Shown: positions 9,659 through 19,687 of the stretch, piece after piece
Position numbering within the stretch: the stretch's first letter is position 1
Layout: each line of letters opens with the position of its first letter
DNA from: a virus
Taxonomy: Duplodnaviria; Heunggongvirae; Uroviricota; Caudoviricetes
DNA length: 64,000 bases
Reading direction: 5' to 3' (one strand)
IMG/VR virus record: IMGVR_UViG_3300027792_000307
Span: 64,866 to 128,865 of that record
Notes under the pieces: generated by a model
The model's database searches: none
What the model was told of the DNA's origin: nothing
Seen by the model: only the letters and a program-made list of their open reading frames with translations
Program-made: the position numbers and the translations under genes

Positions 9659-10500
9659 CTTCAGTAATATTTACAGGTCTAGAAAATAGACAAAAACCAT
9701 TTGGATTTGGGGATTTTGCTAATTATATATTACTATGTAATTGTAGAGCTAAGGAACTGAATTGTAATAAAATAGGAGCTGTTTTTCCTATTTTAGCTGG
9801 GGAATTTAAAAATGAAAGTAATAGAGAAGTTCAGAAGATAGATAATATTAATATAGAATTTATTAGAATAAAAGATTTAGAAAAAAGAAGAACAGAGTTT
9901 GATATAGAGGATGTAGTTTATTACCCCAAAAAACAAATTATTTCTATATATAATTATTTAAATTATTATTATCTTACATATAAAAAATACGAGGTATTTG
10001 ATAATATAAAAGATAATATAGGAAAAAATTATATTCTATTCCATTATAGATTTAATAATAATAATAAAAATAGAAATGCATCAATACAAGAACTTAATAT
10101 ATTACTTAATTATTGTAAAGAGCTACTCGGGGATAAATGTGAATATTGGAAAACCGGGGAGGTATGCACATTAGATAATAAATTTGATAATGTTATAGAT
10201 ATCTCATACGATAATATTAATTTAATTAATAATCTGGTAAGAAATAGCTCCTTCATAATAGCAAGTTCATCTGGTGTGTTTCCTTATGCACAATTATATA
10301 ATAATGCACCTTTTTTCGTCTTTAGTTGTGGGTACCCAGATCCATATCATCATTTCAACGATTGTTCAAAGATTCCTCTGGATTATGGGGAAAGGTCATT
10401 ACAGTTTATGGGAGAGAAATTTTATGGCAAGTTTATTAAAGGAGAGTTACCAAAACTCGAGGAAGTTAAAAATATGTTTATCAAAGAGGGATTATGTTAA
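9655..10500 (+). CDS. Hypothetical GT9-like glycosyltransferase, paralog 1 of 3
   Basis: FGDF...RAKEL, YILFHYR...RN, FIIASSSG motifs shared with 20652 and 26900. Confidence 0.5.
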   Translation: MTSVIFTGLENRQKPFGFGDFANYILLCNCRAKELNCNKIGAVFPILAGEFKNESNREVQKIDNINIEFIRIKDLEKRRTEFDIEDVVYYPKKQIISIYNYLNYYYLTYKKYEVFDNIKDNIGKNYILFHYRFNNNNKNRNASIQELNILLNYCKELLGDKCEYWKTGEVCTLDNKFDNVIDISYDNINLINNLVRNSSFIIASSSGVFPYAQLYNNAPFFVFSCGYPDPYHHFNDCSKIPLDYGERSLQFMGEKFYGKFIKGELPKLEEVKNMFIKEGLC

Positions 10501-11078
10501 CCAAGGAAGAATTAATAGAATTTGAAAAGGAAGTATCTATTTTATTTGAAAATAAGGAAATAATGGCTCCAATTCATCTATCTGGTGGAAATGAGGAAGA
10601 ACTAATAAATATTTTTAAAAGAATTAATAAAGAAGATTGGGTATTTTGTACCCATAGAAATCACTATCATGCACTATTAAAGGGATTCGATAAGAAACAA
10701 CTATTAGATATTATATTATTGGGAGAAAGTATGCATATATACAGTAATAAGTTAAACTTCTTCACATCTTCTATTGTTGGAGGAGTTTTACCTATAGCGT
10801 TGGGTGTTTCAATTTCTATAAAGAGAAAGAAGGAAAATAAGAAAGTCTATGTCTTTATAGGAGATATGGCTTCTGAAATGGGAATCTTTCATGAATGTAA
10901 AAAATATGCATGTAGGAATGACCTACCAATAGAATTTATAATAGAAGATAATGGATTAGCGGTTGATACCCCAACACAGGAAACTTGGGGGACTTGTAAA
11001 GATAACAATAAAGTTTATAGATATTCATATAAAAGAGTTTGGCCTCATGCCGGATGTGGGAAGTGGATAAGGTTTTAA
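10494..11078 (+). CDS. TPP-dependent enzyme, short E1-alpha-like subunit
   Basis: PIHLSGGNE, THRNHYHALLKG, SSIVGG, GDMASEMG...IEDNG TPP motif. Confidence 0.85.
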   Translation: MLTKEELIEFEKEVSILFENKEIMAPIHLSGGNEEELINIFKRINKEDWVFCTHRNHYHALLKGFDKKQLLDIILLGESMHIYSNKLNFFTSSIVGGVLPIALGVSISIKRKKENKKVYVFIGDMASEMGIFHECKKYACRNDLPIEFIIEDNGLAVDTPTQETWGTCKDNNKVYRYSYKRVWPHAGCGKWIRF

Positions 11079-11079
11079 T

Positions 11080-11616
11080 ATGAAATACAAAGAAGTTGTG
11101 ATTAAGTCTATGGAATATTTAGCAGATCAAGAAAACACTATATTTCTAGGTCAAAATATTAGATATGGAAGTCAAATGTACGAGACACTTTTAACAATTC
11201 CAGATTATAAAAAGATAGAAATGCCAATAGCAGAAGATATGCAAATGGGTATAGCTATAGGTCTCGCCTTAAATGGATATTTACCTATTTGTATATATGA
11301 AAGGATGGATTTCCTCATTTTAGCTATAAATCAACTAGTGAATCATCTTGACAAAGCCAGGAAGATGTCTAGAGGGGAATTCGACCCTAAAGTTATTATT
11401 AGAACTATAATAGGGTCTAAAGAGCCACTTTATCCTGGTTTGCAACATTCACAAGATCACACAGATATGCTTAAGGCCTGTTTAACGAATATTGATATTA
11501 TAAAATTAGAAAAGACATCTAATATATTTAATGAATATCAAAAAGCTGTAAAATCGAATAAATCTACTATAATAATAGAAACTAAAGATTTATATAATTT
11601 AGAGGTAATATTTTGA
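11080..11616 (+). CDS. TPP-dependent enzyme, short E1-beta-like subunit (pyrimidine-binding domain only)
   Basis: IFLGQ, EMPIAEDMQMGIAIGLAL, LAINQLVN, GLQHSQD. Confidence 0.85.
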   Translation: MKYKEVVIKSMEYLADQENTIFLGQNIRYGSQMYETLLTIPDYKKIEMPIAEDMQMGIAIGLALNGYLPICIYERMDFLILAINQLVNHLDKARKMSRGEFDPKVIIRTIIGSKEPLYPGLQHSQDHTDMLKACLTNIDIIKLEKTSNIFNEYQKAVKSNKSTIIIETKDLYNLEVIF

Positions 11617-12629
11617 TACAGGATAAATATGGTATTGATAACCACAAATTAATTTATCATCCATGTAAAGTAAGCGATTGGCTAAATGGAGAAGATATAT
11701 ATCCAATTTTAATAAATGTGTGTCCAATAGGTAAATGTAACCATAGATGTATATTCTGTTCTTATAACTATACTGGGTATAATAGGGATACATTAGATAC
11801 TAAGAAATTTAAAAATACTTTAGACGAACTTTCAAATTTAGGAATTAAAGCAGTAAACTATAATAATGAAGGAGAACCTTTATTACACCCAAATATAGCA
11901 GAAATTGTGAAATATACAAGAAAAGTAGGAATAGATGTATCTATAGAAACAAATGGTGTATTATTAAATAAAAATTTACAGGAAACCCTTACAAATAATC
12001 TATCTTATATAAAAATAAGTGTAGATGCTGGAACTCCAGAAACACATTATAAATTACATAGAGGTAAAAAGGAGGACTTTAATATAGTTATACAAAATAT
12101 AAAGGACGTTTGCAAAATAAAAAGGGACTGCGTTGTAGGGATACAGATGCTATTATTAAAAGAAAATGAAGACGAAATACAAACTTTATTAAATGTATTA
12201 GATGGTGTTGATTATGATTGGTTTGCTATAAAACCTTTTTCAGTTAATCCTTATCAAGATTATCATCTTGTGAAACCAGGGGATTTAGAAAAGGCAAAAA
12301 AAATACCAGGAGTTATAGTTAGAGAATACGGGTTTGAAAGAGAAAAACTTCTATCAACTAAAGGAAAAGATTACGATATATGTTATGGTATAAATTTCTT
12401 TTCTAATATAGATTGTAATGGAGATGTTACAATTTGTAATGCTCTTGTAGGGTCAAAGAAATTTATTATTGGAAATATATATGAAAATTCTTTTGAATCT
12501 ATTTGGAAAAATAGGAGAATAAAAGAACAAAAAACAGATGTTTGCAGTCACTATTCTTGTAGACTAGATAAACAGAATGTATATTTATGGAAATTAAAAA
12601 ATCCACATAAACACGTGAACTTCATATGA
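11613..12629 (+). CDS. Radical SAM/SPASM protein (family paralog 1); TTG start
   Basis: CNHRCIFC, EGEPLLHP, C-terminal C...IDCNGDVTIC...IGNI...CSHYSC. GAGGT RBS at 11602-11606. Confidence 0.9.
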   Translation: MIQDKYGIDNHKLIYHPCKVSDWLNGEDIYPILINVCPIGKCNHRCIFCSYNYTGYNRDTLDTKKFKNTLDELSNLGIKAVNYNNEGEPLLHPNIAEIVKYTRKVGIDVSIETNGVLLNKNLQETLTNNLSYIKISVDAGTPETHYKLHRGKKEDFNIVIQNIKDVCKIKRDCVVGIQMLLLKENEDEIQTLLNVLDGVDYDWFAIKPFSVNPYQDYHLVKPGDLEKAKKIPGVIVREYGFEREKLLSTKGKDYDICYGINFFSNIDCNGDVTICNALVGSKKFIIGNIYENSFESIWKNRRIKEQKTDVCSHYSCRLDKQNVYLWKLKNPHKHVNFI

Positions 12630-13360
12630 ATTCTAAAGATATGAGAATTAAGATATTAAATACTATAATGGAGGAAGGAGAGGGACATTTGGGGGGATCG
12701 CTATCTTGTATAGATATCCTTATAGTATTATATGATAATATATTAACCAAAGAAGATGTATTTATATTAAGTAAGGGACACGCATATACAGCTTTGTATT
12801 GTGTACTAAAGGAGAAGGGATTTAATCCAAAAAAGGGAGCTCATCCAGATATAGATACAGAAAATGGTATCTATTGTACGACTGGAAGTTTGGGTCACGG
12901 TTTACCAGTTGGAATAGGTGTGGCTCTTTCTAAAAAATTAAAGGGGGAACCTGGTAAAGTATATGTATTAATTAGCGATGGGGAATTGGAAGAAGGTACC
13001 ACATGGGAGTCTTTATTAATCTCTTCTAAATATAAACTAGATAATTTGGTAATAGTAATAGACTATAATAAATTCCAAGCTATGGAATGCATAGAAGAGA
13101 TAACAAGTATAGCTAATATAAAAGATTTATATAAAAAGTTAGATTCCTTTATAAATAATGTATTCTGTGTGGATGGACACAACATTAAAGATTTAATAGA
13201 TATATTCAATATAAATAACAAGACTAATAAACCTTTAGTAATAATATCAAATACTATTAAATGCAATGGTATTTCCTTTATGATAGATAACCCAGAGTGG
13301 CATGGAAAGGTCCCAAATAAAGAAGAATATGAAAAAGCTTTAAAGGAGATATCTATATGA
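12626..13360 (+). CDS. Transketolase N-terminal (TPP-binding) subunit
   Basis: GHLGGSLS, LSKGHA, TGSLGHGL, SDGELEEGTTWE...DYN, WHG. Confidence 0.9.
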   Translation: MNSKDMRIKILNTIMEEGEGHLGGSLSCIDILIVLYDNILTKEDVFILSKGHAYTALYCVLKEKGFNPKKGAHPDIDTENGIYCTTGSLGHGLPVGIGVALSKKLKGEPGKVYVLISDGELEEGTTWESLLISSKYKLDNLVIVIDYNKFQAMECIEEITSIANIKDLYKKLDSFINNVFCVDGHNIKDLIDIFNINNKTNKPLVIISNTIKCNGISFMIDNPEWHGKVPNKEEYEKALKEISI

Positions 13361-13824
13361 GAAAATTCTTTGGAGATTGGTTAATAGAAAGAGTAAAGGA
13401 AGACCAAACTATATATCTTATAGTAGGAGACACCGGTTATAAGTCATTTGATAATTTTAAACGCTTATATCCAGATAGATATATTAATATAGGAATATGT
13501 GAACAATCTATGATTAGTATAGCAGCTGGTATGGCATTAAATGGATTAAAGCCTTATGTATATACAATAACACCATTTTTAATAGAAAGGGCTCTAGAAC
13601 AAATAAAAATAGATATAAATTTAAATAATGCCAACGTTAAATTAATTGGATTTGATGATTACCCAACACAAGGACCTACACATAAATGTGCAGATGATCA
13701 TATAGTAAAAATGTTTAGTAATATTAAGTGTTTTTATCCAATGGATATAAATCAATTAAAAAATTCACTAGATAAAACCTACAACAACAAAAAACCAACT
13801 TTTATAAATATGAGGAAAATATGA
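13357..13824 (+). CDS. Transketolase C-terminal subunit, pyrimidine-binding domain only
   Basis: PDRYINIGICEQSMISIAAGMA, ERALEQIK, GPTH. Confidence 0.88.
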   Translation: MRKFFGDWLIERVKEDQTIYLIVGDTGYKSFDNFKRLYPDRYINIGICEQSMISIAAGMALNGLKPYVYTITPFLIERALEQIKIDINLNNANVKLIGFDDYPTQGPTHKCADDHIVKMFSNIKCFYPMDINQLKNSLDKTYNNKKPTFINMRKI

Positions 13825-14894
13825 ACGATATATATAAGATGAGAGGAAATAAATTATTATGGCATTTAGATAGACTTAACGATTGGAATAAAGGAAAAAG
13901 AATTGTACCAATAGAAATTATGATTTCTTTAACAAATGGATGTAATTCTAGGTGTAAATTCTGCTATGGAAAATTTATGGGGCAAAAATCAGAATTCTTA
14001 AGACAGGATATGAATATAACTGATATATATAGACTAATTGATGACTGTAAGGAATTAGGAGTTAAAAGTATTGTCTTGATGGGGAATGGAGAGAACACCC
14101 TACACAAGAAATTCTACGAAATCGTAAAATACATAAAAGATTCTGGTCTTGATATAGGAATGGCTACAAATGGAATATTAATAAAAGATAAGAATATGAA
14201 AACCATTTTAGATTGTTTTACCTGGGTAAGAATAAGTGTTTGTGCATCAAATAGAGAATTATATAAGAAAATTCATGGAGTTGATAAATTTGATTTAGTT
14301 ATTGAAAATATCTCCAAGTTAATTAAATTGAAAAAAGATAAAAATTATAAAACTACCATTGGAATACAAATGGTAGTTATAAATGAAAATAAGGAAAATA
14401 TCTATAATACCGCTTCATTATCAAAGAAACTTGGTGTAGATTACTTTGTAGCTAAACCAAGTGCAGACACACCAAATAGGGATATGAAAGTTGATTATTC
14501 TATTTATAGAGGTATAGACGACCAAATTAAAATGAGTTATACACTACAAGATGAAACTTTTGATGTTGTAATAAAAGAAGAAAAATTTAAACTAGAAGGA
14601 AAACACGATTATAAATGCTGCTTAGCAACCCCTTTTTCCATTTCTATAGATACAAATGGGGACGTAGTACCATGTGGGCATCTACTTGGTTATAGAAAAG
14701 AAGAATTTGTTATGGGTAATATAAGAACAGAATCATTTAAAGATATTTTAAATAGTGACAAATATAAAAAAGTCCAAGAAAAAGTAAAAACATTAGATGT
14801 TAATAAAGAATGTGAAACTAATTGTAGACACTATTATATGAATGTATTTTTAAATGGATTGAAAGAGAAACCGAGGCACGAGAATTTCGTATGA
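13821..14894 (+). CDS. Radical SAM/SPASM protein (family paralog 2)
   Basis: CNSRCKFC, GNGENTLH, C...IDTNGDVVPC...MGNI...CETNC. Confidence 0.9.
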   Translation: MNDIYKMRGNKLLWHLDRLNDWNKGKRIVPIEIMISLTNGCNSRCKFCYGKFMGQKSEFLRQDMNITDIYRLIDDCKELGVKSIVLMGNGENTLHKKFYEIVKYIKDSGLDIGMATNGILIKDKNMKTILDCFTWVRISVCASNRELYKKIHGVDKFDLVIENISKLIKLKKDKNYKTTIGIQMVVINENKENIYNTASLSKKLGVDYFVAKPSADTPNRDMKVDYSIYRGIDDQIKMSYTLQDETFDVVIKEEKFKLEGKHDYKCCLATPFSISIDTNGDVVPCGHLLGYRKEEFVMGNIRTESFKDILNSDKYKKVQEKVKTLDVNKECETNCRHYYMNVFLNGLKEKPRHENFV

Positions 14895-15727
14895 TTGTAA
14901 TTATAGGTGGAACCGGGATGGTAGGTTCGGGTATAGTTAGATATATGATAGAAAAGTCTATAGATTATGTTTCATTTAATTCTAAAACTATAGATTCAAA
15001 TGACTATAAGATTCTATCTAATAAAATAAAGCAACTAAAACCAGAACTTATAATAAATTGTATAGGAGGAATGACATCTAGAGCCTGTGCAACAGATAAA
15101 GAGGGTGCACATAAATTGTTCTTATATCCATCGATAAATATAATAAATGTTTGTAGAGAATTGGATATACCCTTATTACATATTAGTAGTTCTAGTGTTT
15201 TTGATGGAAAAGAAGGTTTTTATACAGAATATGATATACCAAATCCTATTACATTATATGGTAGATTAAAGTATATAGAGGAGCTCCTTATATTAGTATC
15301 ACTAGAAAAATATTATATAGTTAGATTACCAATGACTTACGGGAAACACACAAGTAGCCGGAGTGATATAATAGAAAAACTATTAGATATATATAATAAT
15401 TCAGAACAAAAATTATCCCTAACAATAGATAGATTAGAAACTCCCTCATTTAATAAAGACATTGGAATGGGGATTATTGATGTTTATTTAGAAAATTACC
15501 CTTACGGTGTATATCATGTATCTAATAGTGGATATACCAATTATTTAAACTTCTTTAAAGAAATATGTAGAATTAAAGATATAAAATTTGATAGAAGCAA
15601 AATAAATCTTATAAATGAAACAGGAATGCAAAGTTGCTCTCCTTTGAAGTCTATTATTATATCTGAAAAGCTACCAGAAAAGAGGAATTGGTTAAAAGCT
15701 TTGGAGGAATATCTAAATGAAAATTAG
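14891..15727 (+). CDS. RmlD-like NDP-4-keto-sugar reductase (SDR)
   Basis: IGGTGMVG, HISSSSVFDG, EYDIPNPITLYGRLK. Confidence 0.8.
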   Translation: MIVIIGGTGMVGSGIVRYMIEKSIDYVSFNSKTIDSNDYKILSNKIKQLKPELIINCIGGMTSRACATDKEGAHKLFLYPSINIINVCRELDIPLLHISSSSVFDGKEGFYTEYDIPNPITLYGRLKYIEELLILVSLEKYYIVRLPMTYGKHTSSRSDIIEKLLDIYNNSEQKLSLTIDRLETPSFNKDIGMGIIDVYLENYPYGVYHVSNSGYTNYLNFFKEICRIKDIKFDRSKINLINETGMQSCSPLKSIIISEKLPEKRNWLKALEEYLNEN

Positions 15728-16844
15728 AAAGAATTGTTGTATATGTGGGAAAAAAATAAAAAGTTTAATAAAATTAGATAATTACCCTCTAACAGAAGGT
15801 TTTTCAGATAAATATATAAGCCCCAAAAAACTAAAATTTAATCAAGAATTCCAATATTGTGATAGTTGCGAACACGGACAATTATCAAATATTTTAGATA
15901 ACGATATTCTATATAATAAGTATACGTTTAGGACAGGGGATAGCTATTCAAAATACTCTAATAATAATCTAAAGGGATTTATTAAAAGTTATAATAGAAC
16001 TTGTATAACTAATATTATTGATATAGGTTGTAATGATGGATATTTATTGAAGAATTTAATAAAAGATTTTGATAGATTAGTTGGGATAGATCCTATGCAA
16101 GAAAATAAAAGTGAAGGCGGGATCGAGTATATTAAGGGATGTATAGAAGATACAGATATAGATTTAAGTGATTTTATAGTAACTAGTCATCATGTAATAG
16201 AACATCTAGAGGACCCCAAAAAATTTATAAAGAATATATTAGATAAAAGCAATGAAAATACTATTATTATTTTTTCCTTTCCATCTTTGGAGGGTTTAAT
16301 TAATAACATTAGATTTGATGCAATATTTCATCATCACCTAAATTATTTTTCCATATTTTCTATTTGCAAGTTATTAGATAGTTTAAATGTAGAAATTATA
16401 GATATAAAATATACATTTGATTATTATGGATGTATAACTGTTGTATTTAAGAAGAATAACAACAAGAATATCAAATTAACCAAACTTCTTTCTTCGGAAT
16501 ATATATTAAAACAGTATAGAGTATTTAAAAAATATATGGAATTAAACAAAGAATATATAAATACGCATGCAGATATATATTGTTACGGAGCAACATTTCA
16601 ATTCCCAATATTAAAATATTATATTTCTAATATTGAAAAATGTTTAGGTATAATAGACGATTCTAAAAATAAAGAAAATATGTATCCATTAGGTATAAAT
16701 CTTAAAATTGTAGGTATAGGAGACATTATAGGATTTGAAAGTGTAAATATATTGGTTACAGCAAACAATTTTTCTAAAAATATAGTTTTTAAAAGTTTTT
16801 TTAAGAGACCATTATCAATACATCTATTATTTGGTGATGTATAA
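15717..16844 (+). CDS. NDP-hexose C-methyltransferase-like protein
   Basis: N-terminal Zn motif CCICG...CDSCEHGQL, IDIGCNDG, HVIEHL, FHHHLNYFS. Confidence 0.8.
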   Translation: MKIRKNCCICGKKIKSLIKLDNYPLTEGFSDKYISPKKLKFNQEFQYCDSCEHGQLSNILDNDILYNKYTFRTGDSYSKYSNNNLKGFIKSYNRTCITNIIDIGCNDGYLLKNLIKDFDRLVGIDPMQENKSEGGIEYIKGCIEDTDIDLSDFIVTSHHVIEHLEDPKKFIKNILDKSNENTIIIFSFPSLEGLINNIRFDAIFHHHLNYFSIFSICKLLDSLNVEIIDIKYTFDYYGCITVVFKKNNNKNIKLTKLLSSEYILKQYRVFKKYMELNKEYINTHADIYCYGATFQFPILKYYISNIEKCLGIIDDSKNKENMYPLGINLKIVGIGDIIGFESVNILVTANNFSKNIVFKSFFKRPLSIHLLFGDV

Positions 16845-17359
16845 TGTCTGATTCACATGATCTAAGAAGTTCTTTAACACAATTTAATACATCGTATGGA
16901 AAAGATCTCTTAATAGGATTAGAAATAGGTGTTGCCTATGGTTACCATGCAAAATCTATTTTGGATTCAATGAATATTGAAAAATTATATTTAGTGGACC
17001 CATTCAAACAATATTGTGGATATACAGATTATATACCACAAGATATATACAAACAGTGTTGTAATAATCTAAATAGTTATAAGGATAAAATTTATATTTT
17101 AAAATTTACATCTAGGGAAGCCGCAAAAAAATTAGAAAACATAAAGTTTGATTTTATATATATTGATGGAAACCATAGATATGAATTTGTAAAAGGCGAT
17201 ATAGAGTTATGGTATAACAAAGTAAAAGTAAATGGTATGTTGTGTGGTCATGACTTCAATAATATGGGAGTCTTTAAGGCTGTTACAGAATATTCAAATA
17301 AACATAATATTATATGTCATACTTTGAAAGATGATTGGTGGTTTATTAAAAATGAGTGA
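16844..17359 (+). CDS. Class I SAM methyltransferase (Methyltransf_24-like)
   Basis: LEIGVAYG, DFIYIDGNHRYE, LCGHDF. Confidence 0.85.
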   Translation: MSDSHDLRSSLTQFNTSYGKDLLIGLEIGVAYGYHAKSILDSMNIEKLYLVDPFKQYCGYTDYIPQDIYKQCCNNLNSYKDKIYILKFTSREAAKKLENIKFDFIYIDGNHRYEFVKGDIELWYNKVKVNGMLCGHDFNNMGVFKAVTEYSNKHNIICHTLKDDWWFIKNE

Positions 17360-17996
17360 AATTAATCTATTGGAAGAATACCCAAAATTAAATAGAGATA
17401 CAAAAACTAGAGCAGATAATAGAACAGAAGAAATAATTAAGTTAGCTAAAAAATTTAATTGGGAATACTTTGACAAAAAGGGAATATGTTATGGAGGATA
17501 TTATTATGATGGGAGATGGATACCTATAGCAGATAAATTTATAAAACATTATAAACTTAAACCTGGCAATAAAATATTAGATATAGGATCTGCAAAGGGA
17601 TATTTAGTATACGATTTAAGGAATAAAGGAATGGATGCATATGGACTAGAGATATCGGAATATGCCATAGATTGTGCACCTTCACAAATACAGAGATATA
17701 TGATATATGGTAATGCAAAGCATATGCCTATGTTTAAAGATAGAGAATTTGATTTAGTTATTAGTATTAATACTATACATAACTTACCAGAAAAAGATTG
17801 TAGGGATTCATTAAGAGAGATACAAAGAATAGGAAAAAATTCATTTATAACAGTAGATTCCTATAGAACAGCAGAAGAGAAAAAGAGAATGTTTGAATGG
17901 AACTTGACAGCTGAAACTGTAAAGAGTACAGAAGATTGGAAGATAATGTTCGATGAAGAGGGATATAAGGGGGATTTTTATTGGTTTATACCATAG
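17352..17996 (+). CDS. Class I SAM methyltransferase (track start 17331; 17352 preferred)
   Basis: GGYYYDGRW, ILDIGSAKG, YGLEISEYA, FDLVISINTIHN. Confidence 0.85.
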   Translation: MSEINLLEEYPKLNRDTKTRADNRTEEIIKLAKKFNWEYFDKKGICYGGYYYDGRWIPIADKFIKHYKLKPGNKILDIGSAKGYLVYDLRNKGMDAYGLEISEYAIDCAPSQIQRYMIYGNAKHMPMFKDREFDLVISINTIHNLPEKDCRDSLREIQRIGKNSFITVDSYRTAEEKKRMFEWNLTAETVKSTEDWKIMFDEEGYKGDFYWFIP

Positions 17997-18589
17997 AACA
18001 GGCTAAAAAAGAACTAAAAGAACTAAATAGAGAACAACTTCAATCAGATACATCTGGATTGTTAGATATATTTTTAGAGGAATCTATTGAAATTAAACCA
18101 AAATTGATAGTTGAACTTGGAGTAAAACGTGGTATAAGTACCATCTCTTTTTCTAAAATTGCAAAGATATATGATTCAATCCTTGTTGGAATAGATAAAA
18201 ATGATTGTAGTAAATCCTGTGATTTAGATGGATGGGTGTTTTTACAGGGAAAATCTATGGATATAGGGAAGTTATTTAAAAGATGGTGTAAATCACACAA
18301 AAAAGACGGGATAGATATACTATTTATAGATACAAGTCATTTATATGAATACACAGTAGAAGAATTGGATATATGGATACCAATTATGAATAAAACATGT
18401 AAAGTTTTTTTACATGATACAAATCCAAAGATTAAGGAAAATATAGAAACCTATGGAGTGAAGAGGGCATTAGAGGAATTTTTAGACTTCAAATTTAATA
18501 GTGATGAGGAATTTTGTATAAATGTTAAGGAATGGAATTTTAAACATATACCTAATAATGGTGGTTTAGCAATATTAACTAGGAGATAA
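17981..18589 (+). CDS. Class I SAM methyltransferase (Methyltransf_24-like)
   Basis: IVELGVKRGIST, LFIDTSHLYE, FLHDT. Confidence 0.8.
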   Translation: MVYTIEQAKKELKELNREQLQSDTSGLLDIFLEESIEIKPKLIVELGVKRGISTISFSKIAKIYDSILVGIDKNDCSKSCDLDGWVFLQGKSMDIGKLFKRWCKSHKKDGIDILFIDTSHLYEYTVEELDIWIPIMNKTCKVFLHDTNPKIKENIETYGVKRALEEFLDFKFNSDEEFCINVKEWNFKHIPNNGGLAILTRR

Positions 18590-18590
18590 A

Positions 18591-19685
18591 ATGGAAGATA
18601 AATTTTTATTAGATGGAACAAAAATGATGTGGCATCCAGATAGAATAGCTCAATGGTTAAAGGGAGAAACAATATGTCCTCTTTATATTGATGTAGGATT
18701 AGGAAAGGGATGTAATATTAAATGTCATTATTGTTTTGGAATGTTACAAGAAAATTTATACGCTCAAGGAAAAAATATACATTTCCCAAGAAAACAATTA
18801 TTAAATTATATGAAGGATGCCGGAAAATGTGGAGTAAGAGGTATGGGGATAATTGGCGAATCTGAACCCCTATTGAATCCTAATGTTTATGATGCAATCC
18901 AAGTTGGAGTAGATAATGGAATCGATATAGGTTTGGCAACAAACGGTGTTCTCTACGATACAGACAAAGATGGCATTAAAACATTAGAGAATCTCATATA
19001 TATTAGATTTAATATAAGTGCAGCTTCAGAAGAGTCTTATAGAGTTTTACACGGGAGTAAAGAATTCAATACTGTAATAGATAAAATAAAGTTTTGTGTA
19101 AAAACAAAAAGGGAGTGTGGATTACCGGTAACTATTGGACTACAAATGGTTCTTACACCGAAAGATGTAAAGGAAGTTGTACCTTTAGCAAAATTGGGTA
19201 AAGATTTAGGAGTGGACTATTTTCAAATTAAACAATGTGCAGATCTCCAAGATAGTAGTTTGGGAGTATATAAAGAATATGAAAAGGGAACTTACAGGGG
19301 TTACACAGAAATTTTGAAGGAAGCTGAAGCTGAAACTACAGATAAATACGCTGTTACACCAAAATGGTATGCAATATTAGATGGATATCAACAGGATTAT
19401 GACAATTGTCTTGGGGCTCCCTTCTTATTATACTCAGATGGACTAGGAAAATTATTCACATGCGGGATGTTTTTTGATAAAAAATGGTGGAAAGATTATC
19501 TTTTGGGTGATTTAACAAAACAATCTTTTAGTGAGATAATATATAGTAAGAGATATCAGGAAGTCTTAGATAGAGTTAGTAAAATAGATTGCCATAAGTT
19601 TTGTTATAATGGATGTAGAACTGATAGAATTAATGCATATGTCTGGAAATTAAAACACCCACCAGAACATATAAATATGGTGTAA
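18591..19685 (+). CDS. Radical SAM/SPASM protein (family paralog 3)
   Basis: CNIKCHYC, GESEPLLNP, C...GKLFTC...LGDL...CYNGC. Confidence 0.9.
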   Translation: MEDKFLLDGTKMMWHPDRIAQWLKGETICPLYIDVGLGKGCNIKCHYCFGMLQENLYAQGKNIHFPRKQLLNYMKDAGKCGVRGMGIIGESEPLLNPNVYDAIQVGVDNGIDIGLATNGVLYDTDKDGIKTLENLIYIRFNISAASEESYRVLHGSKEFNTVIDKIKFCVKTKRECGLPVTIGLQMVLTPKDVKEVVPLAKLGKDLGVDYFQIKQCADLQDSSLGVYKEYEKGTYRGYTEILKEAEAETTDKYAVTPKWYAILDGYQQDYDNCLGAPFLLYSDGLGKLFTCGMFFDKKWWKDYLLGDLTKQSFSEIIYSKRYQEVLDRVSKIDCHKFCYNGCRTDRINAYVWKLKHPPEHINMV

Positions 19686-19687
19686 TT

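Noticed and set aside
10494-13824. Split or short TPP genes as frameshifted pseudogenes or central-metabolism AMGs (PDH, transketolase)
   Set aside because: Each part has its own start with operon-style spacing and intact catalytic motifs; no E2/E3 is present; the context is sugar tailoring.
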